This document shows positions 38,731 through 50,510 of a DNA stretch of 64,000 nt, piece after piece. The DNA comes from Chlorokybus atmophyticus (Eukaryota; Plantae; Mesostigma and Chlorokybus algae), in the NCBI GenBank assembly GCA_009103225.1, contig RHPI01000818.1, forward strand, positions 366,307-430,306, in the 5' to 3' direction. Under the pieces are notes generated by a model that was not told the DNA's origin, did not search any database, and saw only the letters and a program-made list of their open reading frames with translations. Position numbers and translations under genes: made by a program. Position 1 is the stretch's first letter. The number at the start of each line of letters is the position of its first letter.

Positions 38731-41454
38731 TTACATGCTGCCAGCCCTTCGCTCCTTTTCCCCATCCTCCCCCTCGTCTTCGCGTGCAAACTCTTGCAGC
38801 AGCTCCCGCTGCCTTGGCGTGAGGTCTTTGGGTACCTTCACATGGAAGTGGAGGTACTGGTCACCATAACCGCGGCCATCGCGCTGCCGCACGCCCTTCC
38901 CCTTGATGACCTGCACCTCGCTCGGCTGTGTGCCCGGCGCAACACGCACGGTGACCTTCCCGCCACTGATGGTCGGCACGGAAACCCTTCCGCCCAGCAT
39001 CGCGGTTGTCACGGGGATGTTCACGTCCACATGGATGTCCGGCCCTTCGCGCCTGAAGTCTGGATGCGGCTCAACCTGAACAACCAGGCCATCTCAGTCA
39101 AACTCGCATTTGCTTGCATTCTCAAAGGAGACATGTGCTCCCTATTACAATGGCTTCTCCCTCAAATACTCCTCATGCAAGGTGACCAACAACACCACAG
39201 GCTTGTGCGTGTGTATTGGGTCGTCACACATGTGCACATACAAACGTGCACGCCGAGCAACCTTGCATAAGCACCTACAAGAGACCAAAGCGCAAGCAAT
39301 GCACTGCAGTGCATGTGCAGACTATTACAAGAATGCAACAGATATGCAGATGTATGCAGCACTACTGACACCGCTAATGCAACCAGTTGCAGGAGGGAGG
39401 GCGGGGGGGGGGGCTAGTGAAACTCACCTGCAGTATAACGTTCAGGTTTCCTCTGCGTCCCTTTTTGTCTTTCAACCCTTGACCTCTAAGTTGTAGCGTG
39501 TCACCTTGTTCCACTCCTTCAGGAATCTCCACCGTTATTGTCTCGGGTTTCTCGACCGTGCCTTCCCCTTGACATGTGCTGCAAGGCTCTTGCACGATTC
39601 GCCCCGCGCCTCCGCATGTCATACACACCTGCTGCATCTGGAAAGCAGACACATGTTGATATTTGCAAACAAGATGAATGCCAACTGAAGCTTGCAGCTG
39701 TCCAACGAACATGAACGCCAATAACAAACCTGAATGAAGCCTTGTTGTGTGACGCGCGCTCCTTTGCCCCCACAGTCGCGGCATTGAGTCCACTTCTTCG
39801 CGCCTGTGACAAACAGCACGGCAAGTCAGCCGCTTGGCATGCACAACGACACTTCACATGCCTAACGACTTTCAATGCAGCTACAAGCCGAACAAGCATC
39901 AATGTATTCAAAAGGGGGGGGGGGGGGGGGGGGGGGNTGAAGTGCATAAAGGAGATGACATTGCATACCCAAAGCGGGATCATAACCAGCATGTGCATCT
40001 GGTACGCTTCATGCAGCACTGTTCAATAGGCGTAAAATTGGTTCCCTTTTGCAGCATGCATGATTACCTGTTCCATCACACGCTGAGCATGGCTCTGGCA
40101 GCGTAACTGTAACTCGCACAACACCGCCGCGGACGGCGTCCATAAAGGACACGTTGAGGGCGATCTGCGCGTCCGGTTGGCGCGATTGCCTTCGCCCAAA
40201 GCCTCCACCGCCCCTACCCCCGCCTAAATCAAAACCAAACTGGCCAAAGAGGTCGTCCAAATTCTCAAAACCGCCAGGAAACCCGCCTCCGCCTTGGCCA
40301 AAGCCTCCAAACCCGCCATAATCGCCGCCACCAGCAAAGTCTTGGGCATCTGTGTGCCCAGTCTGCGGAAGAAAGGAGCTCAAGCATGGCTCATGTGATG
40401 CAGGAGCATGCGTTCATGCAAAGGCCAGAGCTTCAACAAGCACTGATGGCTTGCCTGATCGTACAGTTTGCGCTTGTTGTCATCTTTCAGCACCTGCGAT
40501 ACGAAAGCACAGTGCCATGGCGTTATTGTTGACAGTGGCAATACCAAGCATGCAGCCGACAGCAATTATGCGTACCTCATATGCTTGCTGTACTTCCTGG
40601 AACTTAGCTTCAGAGTCCTTGCCACTTTCTGGGGAATCAGGATGGTACATCTTTGCTAGCTACATTCCACATGTTTCTTGAGTTTGCTGACAATACAAAA
40701 AGCTAGCAAGGAAAATTGTCAGGGGGAGAGGNNNCAGGTTTGCAACCATCACCACAACATGTGCTCACTTGGTAATAGGCTTTCTTGATGTCTAATGCTG
40801 ACGCCGTTTTAGACACTCCCAGAACCTCATAGAGGTCTCGCTTTGGCGGTGCTTCCCTTCGACCTACACACGCATGCTTGTCAGCAAACAAGTGGTTTCT
40901 GCACAATCGTCACCAAACTTGCAATGCGCGACAAGTTCTCATGAAAAAAGTGACAGCACACGGGATGCCACTGAGATAGATACATCACGACATAGTAATT
41001 GGCACTTGCAACGAACAGGCCAAAGGAGAAGCGAGAGCACCCAGTAAATATACCCCGTCCTCACGTCTGGAGCAACAACTGATAAGAGCGTTTCTCACGT
41101 GGACTGTGGAAGCGAGCAGATGCTGCACTGCGCAACTTTTGGCATAGTTTGGCACAAGGATAAGCCAAAAGCTTGTACATACACCATGTTTTCTTAGCTG
41201 CACGTGTATTTGCAATTCAACAAGCAATGCATACCGCTGGAGTGGAAAGCGCGCGAAGTGCAACAAGGCTGCTCCAACGTTCTGCTGCTTTCTTGTGCTG
41301 CTCTCCAGCCACCATCAGACCAGCTGGAGGCCGCCGCAGCTGCAACGGTGTGCAAAGCCCTGCCGCCAGCAGCACAAGAGGCAGAGGAGGAGACAGCGGC
41401 AGAGCAGCAGGCCGCGCGAGCTGCGAGCAACGCCAGAGCACCAGCCCGCGCCAT
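38731..41454 (-). CDS. Type I DnaJ/Hsp40, probably mitochondrial
   Basis: Presequence, J domain (DLYEVLGVSK, YHPD, KRKLYDQ), G/F region, four CxxCxGxG repeats and a C-terminal domain (RREGPDIHV, GDQYLHFHVKVPKDLTPRQRELLQEF). Confidence 0.95.
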
Positions 41455-41758
41455 CAAAACTCCCGCCGCATGCAGACCTATCTAACGGCCGAAACCACCT
41501 CAATAATAGTAACGCACGCTAACCCCCAACAGCACGACACCACCGCCGCCGCCGCCGCGTCCACCGCAACGCGAACGCTTGCCACCTGGCAGCTGCTGGA
41601 AACAACGAGATCCAGATCGGACAACCCTGAACAATACAATCCGGTATGTCGGACCACTGATCCGGGATCAGAACCGGGTGGAGGGTCGGTCGAAGCAAAC
41701 CAGAAAGCACCACACTACCGTAGTGCAACGTTAGACCAGGCCGGTAGGCGAGGCGGCG

Positions 41759-42543
41759 ATGGCAATGTCCTGCGCCGGCCGTGGGGTGCTGCCGCTGCGC
41801 TGCGTGTCCTACAGGTCTATGCTTTGTCCTGCCTGCCGCCCTGCCGCCTCGAGCAGACCTTCCGCCAGGCCGTATGGCAGGAGCCCGCAGAAGCTGCCAG
41901 GCTGTGACGCACGGCGAACATTGAGTGTGACAAGATGGCCTTCTGGTACGACTGTGAATCAGCTCAGTTTTCAGCACTTCTTCATGTTTAAACTGTTGCA
42001 CTGCAGCATGCATGTATCGTAGTCTCAGCAATGTATACGCAAGACATACGTTGAGAGTTTTGGACAGCGTCGCTTGCTGCGGGCCAACAACCTCAGCACG
42101 CCAATTAAACAAGTCTTGCATCTTATTCAAGCATTCTCCACCAGTGCTCTTCCCTTTATCAAAAGCCCGAGCCTCAACGGCGACACAAACCAGCGATCAG
42201 CCAACTGCAGATAATGAATTTGAAGAAGATGATGATGACGATAAGTTTCCACAATTGCTGGAGCTGGAGACTTGGGAGCTTGCACTGGACAGCAAGGAGT
42301 ATCAGCCGGAGAACATAGCGGCGTTGTTAGCGGCTGCAACCGTTGCTTACTTTGCGATTCAGGCATTCTTTGCTCTGGATTGTCCATGCAATATATGCAC
42401 CCAGTTGTGCATGCCTCACTGGGTTGCTTCGTGCGCAGTTTTTATGGAGGATTGTCAAGGCAGCGCTGTTCATTGCAGCGCTCACGGTCAAGTACGCCAG
42501 CGTGGCAGCAGTGCTGCTGTTGTTGGTGATCCTTTTCCTCTGA
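41759..42543 (+). CDS. Small organelle-targeted protein with acidic patch and two C-terminal hydrophobic helices
   Basis: Exons 41759-41945, 42166-42362 and 42439-42543 join in phase; the second intron is GC-AG. R/S/A-rich presequence, EFEEDDDDD, and FLWRIVKAALFIAALTVKYASVAAVLLLLVILFL*. Confidence 0.65.
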
Positions 42544-42565
42544 AGCCACTGACCAGTCAAAGCCA

Positions 42566-42814
42566 TTGTGTGCTTCTAATCATTGGCATATTCAAAGATT
42601 AACGGCTATTTTGTTATTTCCCACTATTCTAAGTTTAAATCCATCGCTCATATTATTGCTAATTGCAGTTTTACCTTTGCATATTCAAGCAGGGATTTCA
42701 GAAATACTAGATGACTACGTACACAATGAAGTTACTAGAATGGTTTCAATTCTTTTAGCTAGACTTTTTATCTTAAAAATAATCAAGTACGCTTTTATTT
42801 TATTTCGAATCTAA
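42566..42814 (+). pseudogene. sdh4: Mitochondrial-type sdh4 (succinate dehydrogenase membrane anchor) ORF inside a NUMT
   Basis: HWHIQRLTAILL...LHIQAGISEILDDYVHNEVTR matches the SdhD/Sdh4 signature (HWxxQRxTA; HxxxGxxxIxxDYVH). It is intronless, AT-rich in codon usage, and lacks an ATG. Confidence 0.88.
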
Positions 42815-44030
42815 TAAATAAATCTAATTGTAATCCGTAGATTACCTAACGATTATTTTACCAGCTTTTTGAAAGAGAATCGTTTTAGAGTAAACTCAAA
42901 ATTTAGAAAAGAACCTTTTCGCTAAGGAATAGGGTAGAATATAAGAGATCCTAGACATAACAGCTCGGTGGTCATCGGCTAATTGAGAATAATTATCGAT
43001 ACCTTTAGTAAGAGCCGGATATGTAAATAGAGTTACCCCAATGACCGCACTGCGCCTGCTCTTTAATGAGATAAAAAGGGCAATAAATGCAAAGTATCGT
43101 TGTAAAATTGTAAAGAATAAAAAAGATCTTCTTATTGTTAAAACAAACTATTATTTTAAGGGGAGCAGCAACTACGAATGTGACATCCACGGTAACGGAA
43201 CCTTCATAGTACCGTACTTCAATAAAAGAGATACTTTTTACTAATAGAAGAAGGTAAAGTGGATTTGCTTAAAAACGGCTGCATACTTAAAATTATGAAC
43301 ATTCTTTATATTCTTTTTATTACTAGATTATTTTCTTGACTACGGGAAGGATAGGTATTTATATAGTCAAAATTGATAAGATAGAGTACACCATTTGTGA
43401 AACCTTGCAATTGTGCACCCCTGCATGCAATGCAGCCCCGGGCCACTCCGGGCTGTAGCAAGCAGTGCGGGGGCTGCATGCATGCATGCCATGCATGCAG
43501 CGCTGCTGCAGGCTGCCCCAGACTGGGGTTTACTTTACTTTACTTTACTCTACTTAACGGTCACTATAGTGCACTTTACTTTACTATCCTACACGTCTGC
43601 ATCCCTGTGTAGCCGGCGATGTCTGTAATAGTCGCAGATAAAATCTCTCTTTTTAACTCATTTGTTGGTAATCAATAGCTGCTGCGCTCCTCCCTTCCTC
43701 TCTTCGCATTTTCCTATTTCCCTACTTTCGGATGCATACCTGGCTGCATCCAGTGCAGACCATCAGCTGCGGCCGCTGCAATGTAATCTAAAAAAAACAA
43801 AGAGCAAGTAAGAGCAAACTAAAACGATGTAAGAGAATTAAGGGAGACCATTTGTTGGAGAAATCGCCAGATTATAGAAAAAGCTGGTAAGCTGGTTTGC
43901 CTGCAGACAACAATCTTCTTCACCTTCCTAATCGAAAGATTATAGAGAGATAGATTACCACTCCCCCCATCACTGCAGACCAGCAAATTACCACCGATCG
44001 CAAATCAATCTAAAATTCTGGTAGGCAGCA
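42570..44030. other. Nuclear insertion of mitochondrial DNA (NUMT); core 42570-43390, possibly extending to ~44030
   Basis: Abrupt switch to AT-rich DNA containing sdh4, then GC-rich palindromes and (TTTAC)n repeats reminiscent of organellar spacer repeats. The right boundary is uncertain. Confidence 0.7.
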
Positions 44031-44773
44031 TTGTGTGCTCGTGCTATGCCACAAACGGGCGGTGAAAGTCGCACACCACTTGTTCTCTCGAAAGCGCCAC
44101 AAGGTAAGCACATTATGCACAATTACTGCCCATGCCCTCAATGCTCTAGCCAATCGGTCGCATTTAGGGCCTGCTTAGATACACAAGCCTCTGCGACCAC
44201 CAATCTGGCGTTGGTATGGCCACTCGCCAACAAACTAATGATGCAGAGCGTGGAGAAGTGCTTCCGGTTCCCCAAAGGTGTAATGTGCCGATGCAGCTTG
44301 CCAGGCAAGCATGCAACCATTGCAGACGCAAGCCTCAACTCAGTCAGGCGCTGTGCAAGTCTCTGGTGCTACCTGCGGTTTCCTCTCCGTGCGAGGCATA
44401 GAGGTACATACACAAATTTTGTGTTGCCAGAACGCGTCGTACATGCAAGCATCAGGTTTACGTACGGATGTTGCAAGCAAAGTGGCTGTTTGTCCAGGTG
44501 TCATTCGAGTCAGGCGCTGACAAGGGGAGCAATGGCGAACAGGGTAGTTGGAGTACACTTGCCACAAGCTGATCAGTTCAAGTTGTATCATGCTATCATT
44601 GCAAGACAGTCACTGCTATCATCAAGCTTTTTGTATGCCGTGTTGCTTGTTTTGTGCGCACGGTTACATTCACACACTTGCACTCTACAGCTTTACATGC
44701 CACGTAGCGCTCAGTGTCAAACTGACGTTCATCTTGAACTCTCAATCCTGGTGTTTGTCCAAGAGTTCATATG

Positions 44774-45196
44774 TGTTGAAGGACTAGCATGCATATGTAG
44801 CTGAGGCAAGCATGGATACACACGGACAGAGCTACCGCCACCAGAGCATACACAAGTCACATCACATTCATCTATTACAAGTTGTCCGCTGGTTCTTATA
44901 CCAGCCAGTTACACACACGTCTACGTTTGCAAGCACTGCGTAAGCTCTACTCAGCCTTTTGACGCGCTCTAAGCTGCGTTGTCTTCCTTACAACTAGAGC
45001 TTTCAACAAGCTCTTACACGCCTGATATGAGTAAGTATACGCGGAGATACGAAGCAGTTAGTAAGGCTCCAGTCTGGAGTCCGGAGTCTGGTCCGACGAT
45101 GCCATCTTGCTAAGTCCGGACCTAGTGCTCGTCCTTACGACCTTTTACTCCTGTGTGGAGGGTCGATGCTGATCGTATGTAGGAATACTCTCAACA
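44774..45196 (-). repeat. 3' LTR of copia (423 bp)
   Basis: Differs from the other LTR by 9 substitutions and 1 indel (manual alignment, about 97.6% identity). Confidence 0.97.
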
Positions 45197-45206
45197 CTCC
45201 CACGCG
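45197..45206 (-). promoter_or_regulatory. Polypurine tract of copia
   Basis: Minus-strand CGCGTGGGAG immediately precedes the 3' LTR. Confidence 0.7.
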
Positions 45207-45238
45207 AGCAGCTTGACCTCCAATGCTTGCTCCTGTAG

Positions 45239-48200
45239 TCAAACACAGATGCCAAGTCCTGCACAACAAGTCTTGAACTTGAGTGGTGACAATAGCTTTG
45301 TCATGAAGTCCGCCAGCATGCGTTCGGTGTTGCAGTACTGGAACTCCACCTCCTTTCTTGTAACTCTGTCACGCACAAAGTGATGCATGACATCAATGTG
45401 CTTCGTCCTTGCCGAGGCGATAGGATGCTTCAACAACTTAATGGCTCCTTGATTGTCACAGTTGATGACGATGCGCGCCATGGGGTGCTATAAGTCTGCC
45501 ATGAGCTTGCGAAGCCAGAGTGCCTCTTTCGCTGCTGCTGCCGCTGCCATGTACTCAGCCTCTGATGTAGATGCTGCTGTTGTTGGCTACAGCCTGCTGT
45601 TCCAGCTCACCACGCCTCCATTCAGCTTGAAGACGTAGCCTGTAGTGGACCTCCTGCAGTTGAGGTCACCAGCAAAGTCCGAGTCGCAGTAGCCCTCCAA
45701 CTCAGTGCTCCCGCTCCAAAACTTGATGCCAACTGTTGCGCTCCCAGCAACATAGCGTAATACTCCCTTTGCTGCTCTCCAGTGCTCCATGCTCGGTGCA
45801 GACATGTAGCGAGCAAGTACTCCCACAGCATGTGCAACATCGGGACGTGTGCACACTGCCAGATAGAGCATGCTACCTACCAGCTCACCATATGGATACA
45901 GAGCCTTGTCGAGTACGTCCTCATCCTTTGCCTTGATGAGGGCAGTGCCAAGTGCCAACGGTGTGGTCTTGGTCTTCGCTGCAGTGAGCCCGAACTTGAT
46001 GACGAGTCTGCTCACCATCTGCTCCTGACTGATCTTGATTGTGCGAGCAGCCCTGTCGCGCTCAATCACCATGCCAAGAAACCACTTGGCCTCTCAAAGA
46101 TCACGAACTGAGAATGCTTCCTGTAGTGCAACTTTCATCTCCTGCAGGTGGTGCACCTGCCTGGCGGTGATGATGATATCATCAACATACACGAGCAGCC
46201 AGACCTTGTTGTCTGCATGGATGAAGAGCCCAGGGTCTGCAGAGGATGCGGTGAAGCCAAGTGCCTCCAGCTCCTTGGTGAGCTTGATGTGCCACATACG
46301 CGGTGCCTGTCGCAGCCCGTACAGTGCCTTGATCAGCTTGCACGTTGTGCCTCTCTCCCCTTCTTCATATCCAGGTGGTTGCTCGATGAAGATCTCCTCC
46401 TCCAGCTCTACGTAGAGGAAGGCAGTCTTCACGTCGAGGTGATGCAGCTCTAGGTCTTCAGCAGCAACCATAGCTAGCAGTGCACGGAAGGTGGTATGCT
46501 TACTTGCAGGTGCAAACACTTCGTTGAAGTCCACACCTTCCTGCTGCAAGAAGCCCTTTGCCACCAGTCTTGCCTTGTAGCGCTCAATGTTGCCCTGACC
46601 ATCACGCTTCACCTTGAAGACCCATTTCACTGGAATGGTCTTTACTCCTTGCGGTAACTGCTCCAGTGACCAAGTATTATTGGCATGGAGTGACGCAATC
46701 TCCTCGTCCATAGCACGCTGCCATTGCTCCGCATTTGGTGCTAACAATGCCTCCTCGTAGGTGCTTGGCTCCTCATTTTACACACTGGCGACGTGTGCCT
46801 TATATGTATGTAGGAAGTCAGGTGCCTTTCTCTCCCTCACTGGGTATCTCCGAGCTGCGTGCTCCTGCTGCAGGTGCGGCTCCTTCTGGCCTGCTACAAC
46901 TGAGTCTCGCTCACCCTTGTTGTTGATGACTGCCTCGCCCTCAGCCTCCACTGTCTTGGGATGCTCCTGTGGCTGTACTTCATCGTCATCTCCCGGAAAG
47001 AAGCCTGCTTATGGTTGTGATAATCCCTCATGGAAAACCACCTCTGCTCACGATATTCTTCTGAGTGTCCTCGAGCAAGATCCTGTAAGCCTTGGAACCC
47101 GGTTCATAGCCAACGAAGATGCCCTTCTTGCTGACCGGCTCCAGCTTGTGCCTGAGCTGTTTAGGCACTAGTGCATATGCCGTGCATCCAAACACACGCA
47201 TACCACTTACATCTGGTGCGGCTCCATAGAAGTGCTCCCACGGAGTCTTCTGCTCTGAGCTCACCGGAGACCTGTTGCGGATGTAGTTGGCAGTGAGTAC
47301 CGCCTCCTTCCACAGACTGTCTTCCATCTTTGTGTCGTTGAGCATGGCTCGAACACGCTCCAAGAGTGTCCTGTTGAGGCGTTCAGCTGCTCCATTCTAC
47401 TGCGGGGTGTAGGGTGCCGTTGTCTCGTGGCGTATGCCCTTGCTGGCGAAGAACTCCTTCAACTCCTTGTTGATGTACTCCCCTCCTCGATCACTCCTCA
47501 TTGCCTTCATCTTGTTGCCAGACTGGGTCTCCAACAAGGCCACAACTGTGCGCACAGCTCCAGCAACTTCTGACTTGAGCGTCAATGGAAAAATGATGGA
47601 CAGCTTGCTGTAGTCGTCGAGGAATGTAGCAAAGTACCTGGCCCCTCCCTTCGCCACAATGCGCATAGGGCCACAGACATCCATGTGCACAAGCTCGCAA
47701 GGATGCTGACTGCTTGAAGAGAATGATGGGAATGGCATAGCATGCTGCTTTGCAACTAGGCATGGTTCACAAAGTGCACCTGATGCATTCTTGAGTTCTT
47801 CTGTGCTGAGATGGATGCCCTTAACCATCTTCTCAGCGACAAGGCGAGTGAGGTTGACGTAGCTGAGATGCCCGAACCTTCGATGCCACAATGTTGGCGA
47901 CTCCTTGTCCTTTACCACCATGGCTTGGATGTCAATGTCCTGAGGGTGCTGCTCCACGTGGTAGAGCCCTCCCGGATCAGCGATTTCAACCATTTGCACG
48001 ACCCCATCAAGGATGACTGTGCAGCCACCTTTCCGAAATAGGATCTCCGCGCCTAAGCGCTCCGCAACCCTCACAGAGAATAGACTCGCAATAGCCTTGG
48101 GAACATGCAGGACGTTGCGTAACAACACCTCGCGTAGTGTGTTACCAACCTTGCACTGGAGTCGTACGTTGCCAACTCCCTCAGCCACAAGTACTTCGCC

Positions 48201-49145
48201 ACCGAAGCCCGCCACTTTGATTGTGGACGTCAGCTTCCTGTAGCCCTCCATCACCTCCTTGTTTGGTGTGAGATGACGATCGCAGCCAGAGTCTACCACC
48301 CAGAAAGCTGTGCCCGCCCTCGAACTGGATGCAATGAAGGCGACATGTTTCTTCTTGTGTTGGTGCTCGTTGCCGCTGTTGCTGGTGCTTGCTCTAGGTT
48401 GACCCTGTTGTTTCTTCCTACAGTCCTTCACAATGTGCCCCTTCCAACCACACCAGTGGCATGTGAGGTCTTTGTGACGAGGATTGCCTGGCTTGTTGCC
48501 CTTGTTCTTCTCTTCATGGTTGCTCTTCTTCCCGTGCTTGTTGGTGTAGAAGGCCACGGCATCAGCTTGCTCGTCCTTCTTCATCACCCTCTGCTCCACG
48601 GTGAGCAGCTTCGGTAGTACATCGTCCAGCGTCAGCTCCGATGACGATGTCTCCTGCAGTGTTGCAACGACCTCGTACTCTGCTGGTAGCCCTGCAACAA
48701 CAGCCAGCACAACCTCCGTCTCCCCCATGTCGTGGCCGACGTTAATAAGGTCCGCCCACAGCTCTCTCGCGCGTGCAACATACTTTGTGATGGGTTCTGC
48801 TGCCTTCTTCCTGAGTGCGCTCAGCTGCTTGCGTAGCTGCAACTTTCTGGCGTTGTTCTTGGCTCTGAAAACGGCTGATAGCTTTTCTCAAGCTTGTCTA
48901 CCATCTTCACATGCAGTGAGCATGGGAAAGTGTTGCGGTTTGCAGTTCAACACAAGCAAAGAGTGTGCTTCTGCTGAATGCTCTGACCACACAGTGTTCG
49001 CTCCTGGTATTGGTGGTGGTGCCTTCGGATCAACATACTTCCACACCTTCTTGTGGATGAGCAAGGCCTTCATTTCCACGCACCATGTGTTGTAGTTGTC
49101 GGTGTGCAGCTTTGCAGTCTGCCCCTTATCGTAGGTCGTCTCCAT
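45239..49145 (-). pseudogene. Copia gag-pol polyprotein, disrupted
   Basis: NYNTWCVEMKALL (gag), CHWCGWKGHIVKDC (zinc knuckle), WVVDSGC (protease), LWHRRFGH and HMDVCGP (integrase), YVDD (RT) and RTKHIDV (RNase H). About 7 in-frame stops and a frameshift near 47040. Confidence 0.95.
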
Positions 49146-49258
49146 CTTTGTCGAGCCTGCCTTTCTTGCAGTTGACACCCAAGGCTCTGCTACCAACAAG
49201 CTACCGTAGTGTAGAACTACTATGCACACAAGCTGGTCTCACACTCCTCAAGTGTAGT

Positions 49259-49272
49259 GTGGGCCCATAACC
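49259..49272 (-). promoter_or_regulatory. Primer-binding site complementary to the anticodon arm of initiator tRNA-Met (half-tRNA type)
   Basis: Minus strand GGTTATGGGCCCAC directly after the 5' LTR. The plus-strand GTGGGCCCATAACC equals the anticodon arm of plant tRNAi-Met. Confidence 0.9.
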
Positions 49273-49696
49273 TGTTGAAGGACTAGCATGCATATGTAGC
49301 TGAGGCAAGCATGGATACACACGGACAGAGCTACCGCCACCAGAGCATACACAAGTCACATCACATTCATCTATTACAAGTTGTCCGCTGGTTCTTATAC
49401 CAGCCAGTTACACGCACGTCTACGTTTGCAAGCACTGCGTAAGCTCTACTCAGCCTTTTGACGCGCTCTAAGCTGCGTTGTCTTCCTTGCAACTAGAGCT
49501 TTCCAACAAGCTCTTACACGCCTAATATAAGTAAGTATACGCGGAGATACGAAGCAGTTAGTAAGGCTTAAGCCTGGAGTCCGGAGTCTGGTCCGACGAT
49601 GCCATCTTGTTAAGTCCGGACCTAGTGCTCGTCCTTACGACCTTCTACTCCTGTGTGGAGGGTCGATGCTGATCGTATGTAGGAATACTCTCAACA
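49273..49696 (-). repeat. 5' LTR of copia (424 bp)
   Basis: Direct repeat of 44774-45196. Confidence 0.97.
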
Positions 49697-50510
49697 ATAT
49701 GTGGTTTGTTGCTCAAGCTGAATATTGCTTGATGTTGTGTTGTGTCACGCATCCATAAATTTTTCTTAGGACATGAGACAGATAGCTGTTATCAGCAGTG
49801 CGCACTCTCGCAGTTGTTGCGCACAGTACCATGATGCGCACATTTCCGTTTCGCATTGTTTGTACATTGAGTGCTTGCTTGTGATATAGATATGTGAGCT
49901 TCAGCACCGCAGACGGGAATGTGCACAAGCCTGAGCACTAAGTACATACCCCTCTCGCATTTTTTGTACACATGCTGACATGCTTGCACGCAAGCTCCGT
50001 GTTGTCGTGTATTGAGATGCAAGTTACAACATGTTTTCATGAAATGCCATTGGAATATTAAAATAGAAGCACGTGTTGTGTACCTTCCTATTAGCATGTA
50101 TGCATGCATGTGTACAAAGGATGTAGGGTGGATAATTCACATGCAAGTCATATGTATGCGTGCATGCACGCACGCATACATGCTACTTCTAATGTGAGCA
50201 TGAGGTATAATGTAAACCCATGCTCGCAAACCATCACTGCATGATGCATTGCTTAGCAACTAACACTGCACATGTGTACAATAAATGCAACATGCATAGC
50301 GCACATGCATAAGCTTTTCAGATGTGCATGCATGTTGCATCTTCAAAGTCAAGCCACAAGCACACCCAAGCTAACCAGCATGCGCATTCCAACAGCCATG
50401 CACAATTGTATTTTGCATTTTGTGTACTCTTGCCATGACCGACTTCATATAAATGACCACCGGGCTCACTTCAGCACTATCTTAACTGTGAATACTACTA
50501 CTTCTTACCC

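Larger units (their letters stand above)
44774..49696 (-). mobile_element. Full-length but decayed Ty1/copia LTR retrotransposon
   Basis: TG...CA LTRs at both ends, 5-bp TSD ATATG (44769-44773 and 49697-49701), PBS, PPT, and gag-PR-IN-RT-RH order. Confidence 0.98.

Noticed and set aside
43041-43244. 67-aa ORF after sdh4 as another mitochondrial gene (e.g. sdh3)
   Set aside because: No recognisable mitochondrial protein motif in any frame I translated.
44031-44804. 257-aa ORF left of the copia
   Set aside because: It has a TTG start, runs into the LTR and shows no domain. A decayed exon cannot be excluded but is unsupported.
45239-49145. TAA/TAG = Gln alternative nuclear code, suggested by stops at Gln positions in copia and apparent stops in CFAP92 frames
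   Set aside because: The CFAP92 stops fall in introns once spliced, and host genes end at TAA/TAG at conserved C-termini (RYGG*, QFHE*). The copia also has TGA stops and a frameshift, so this is mutational decay.
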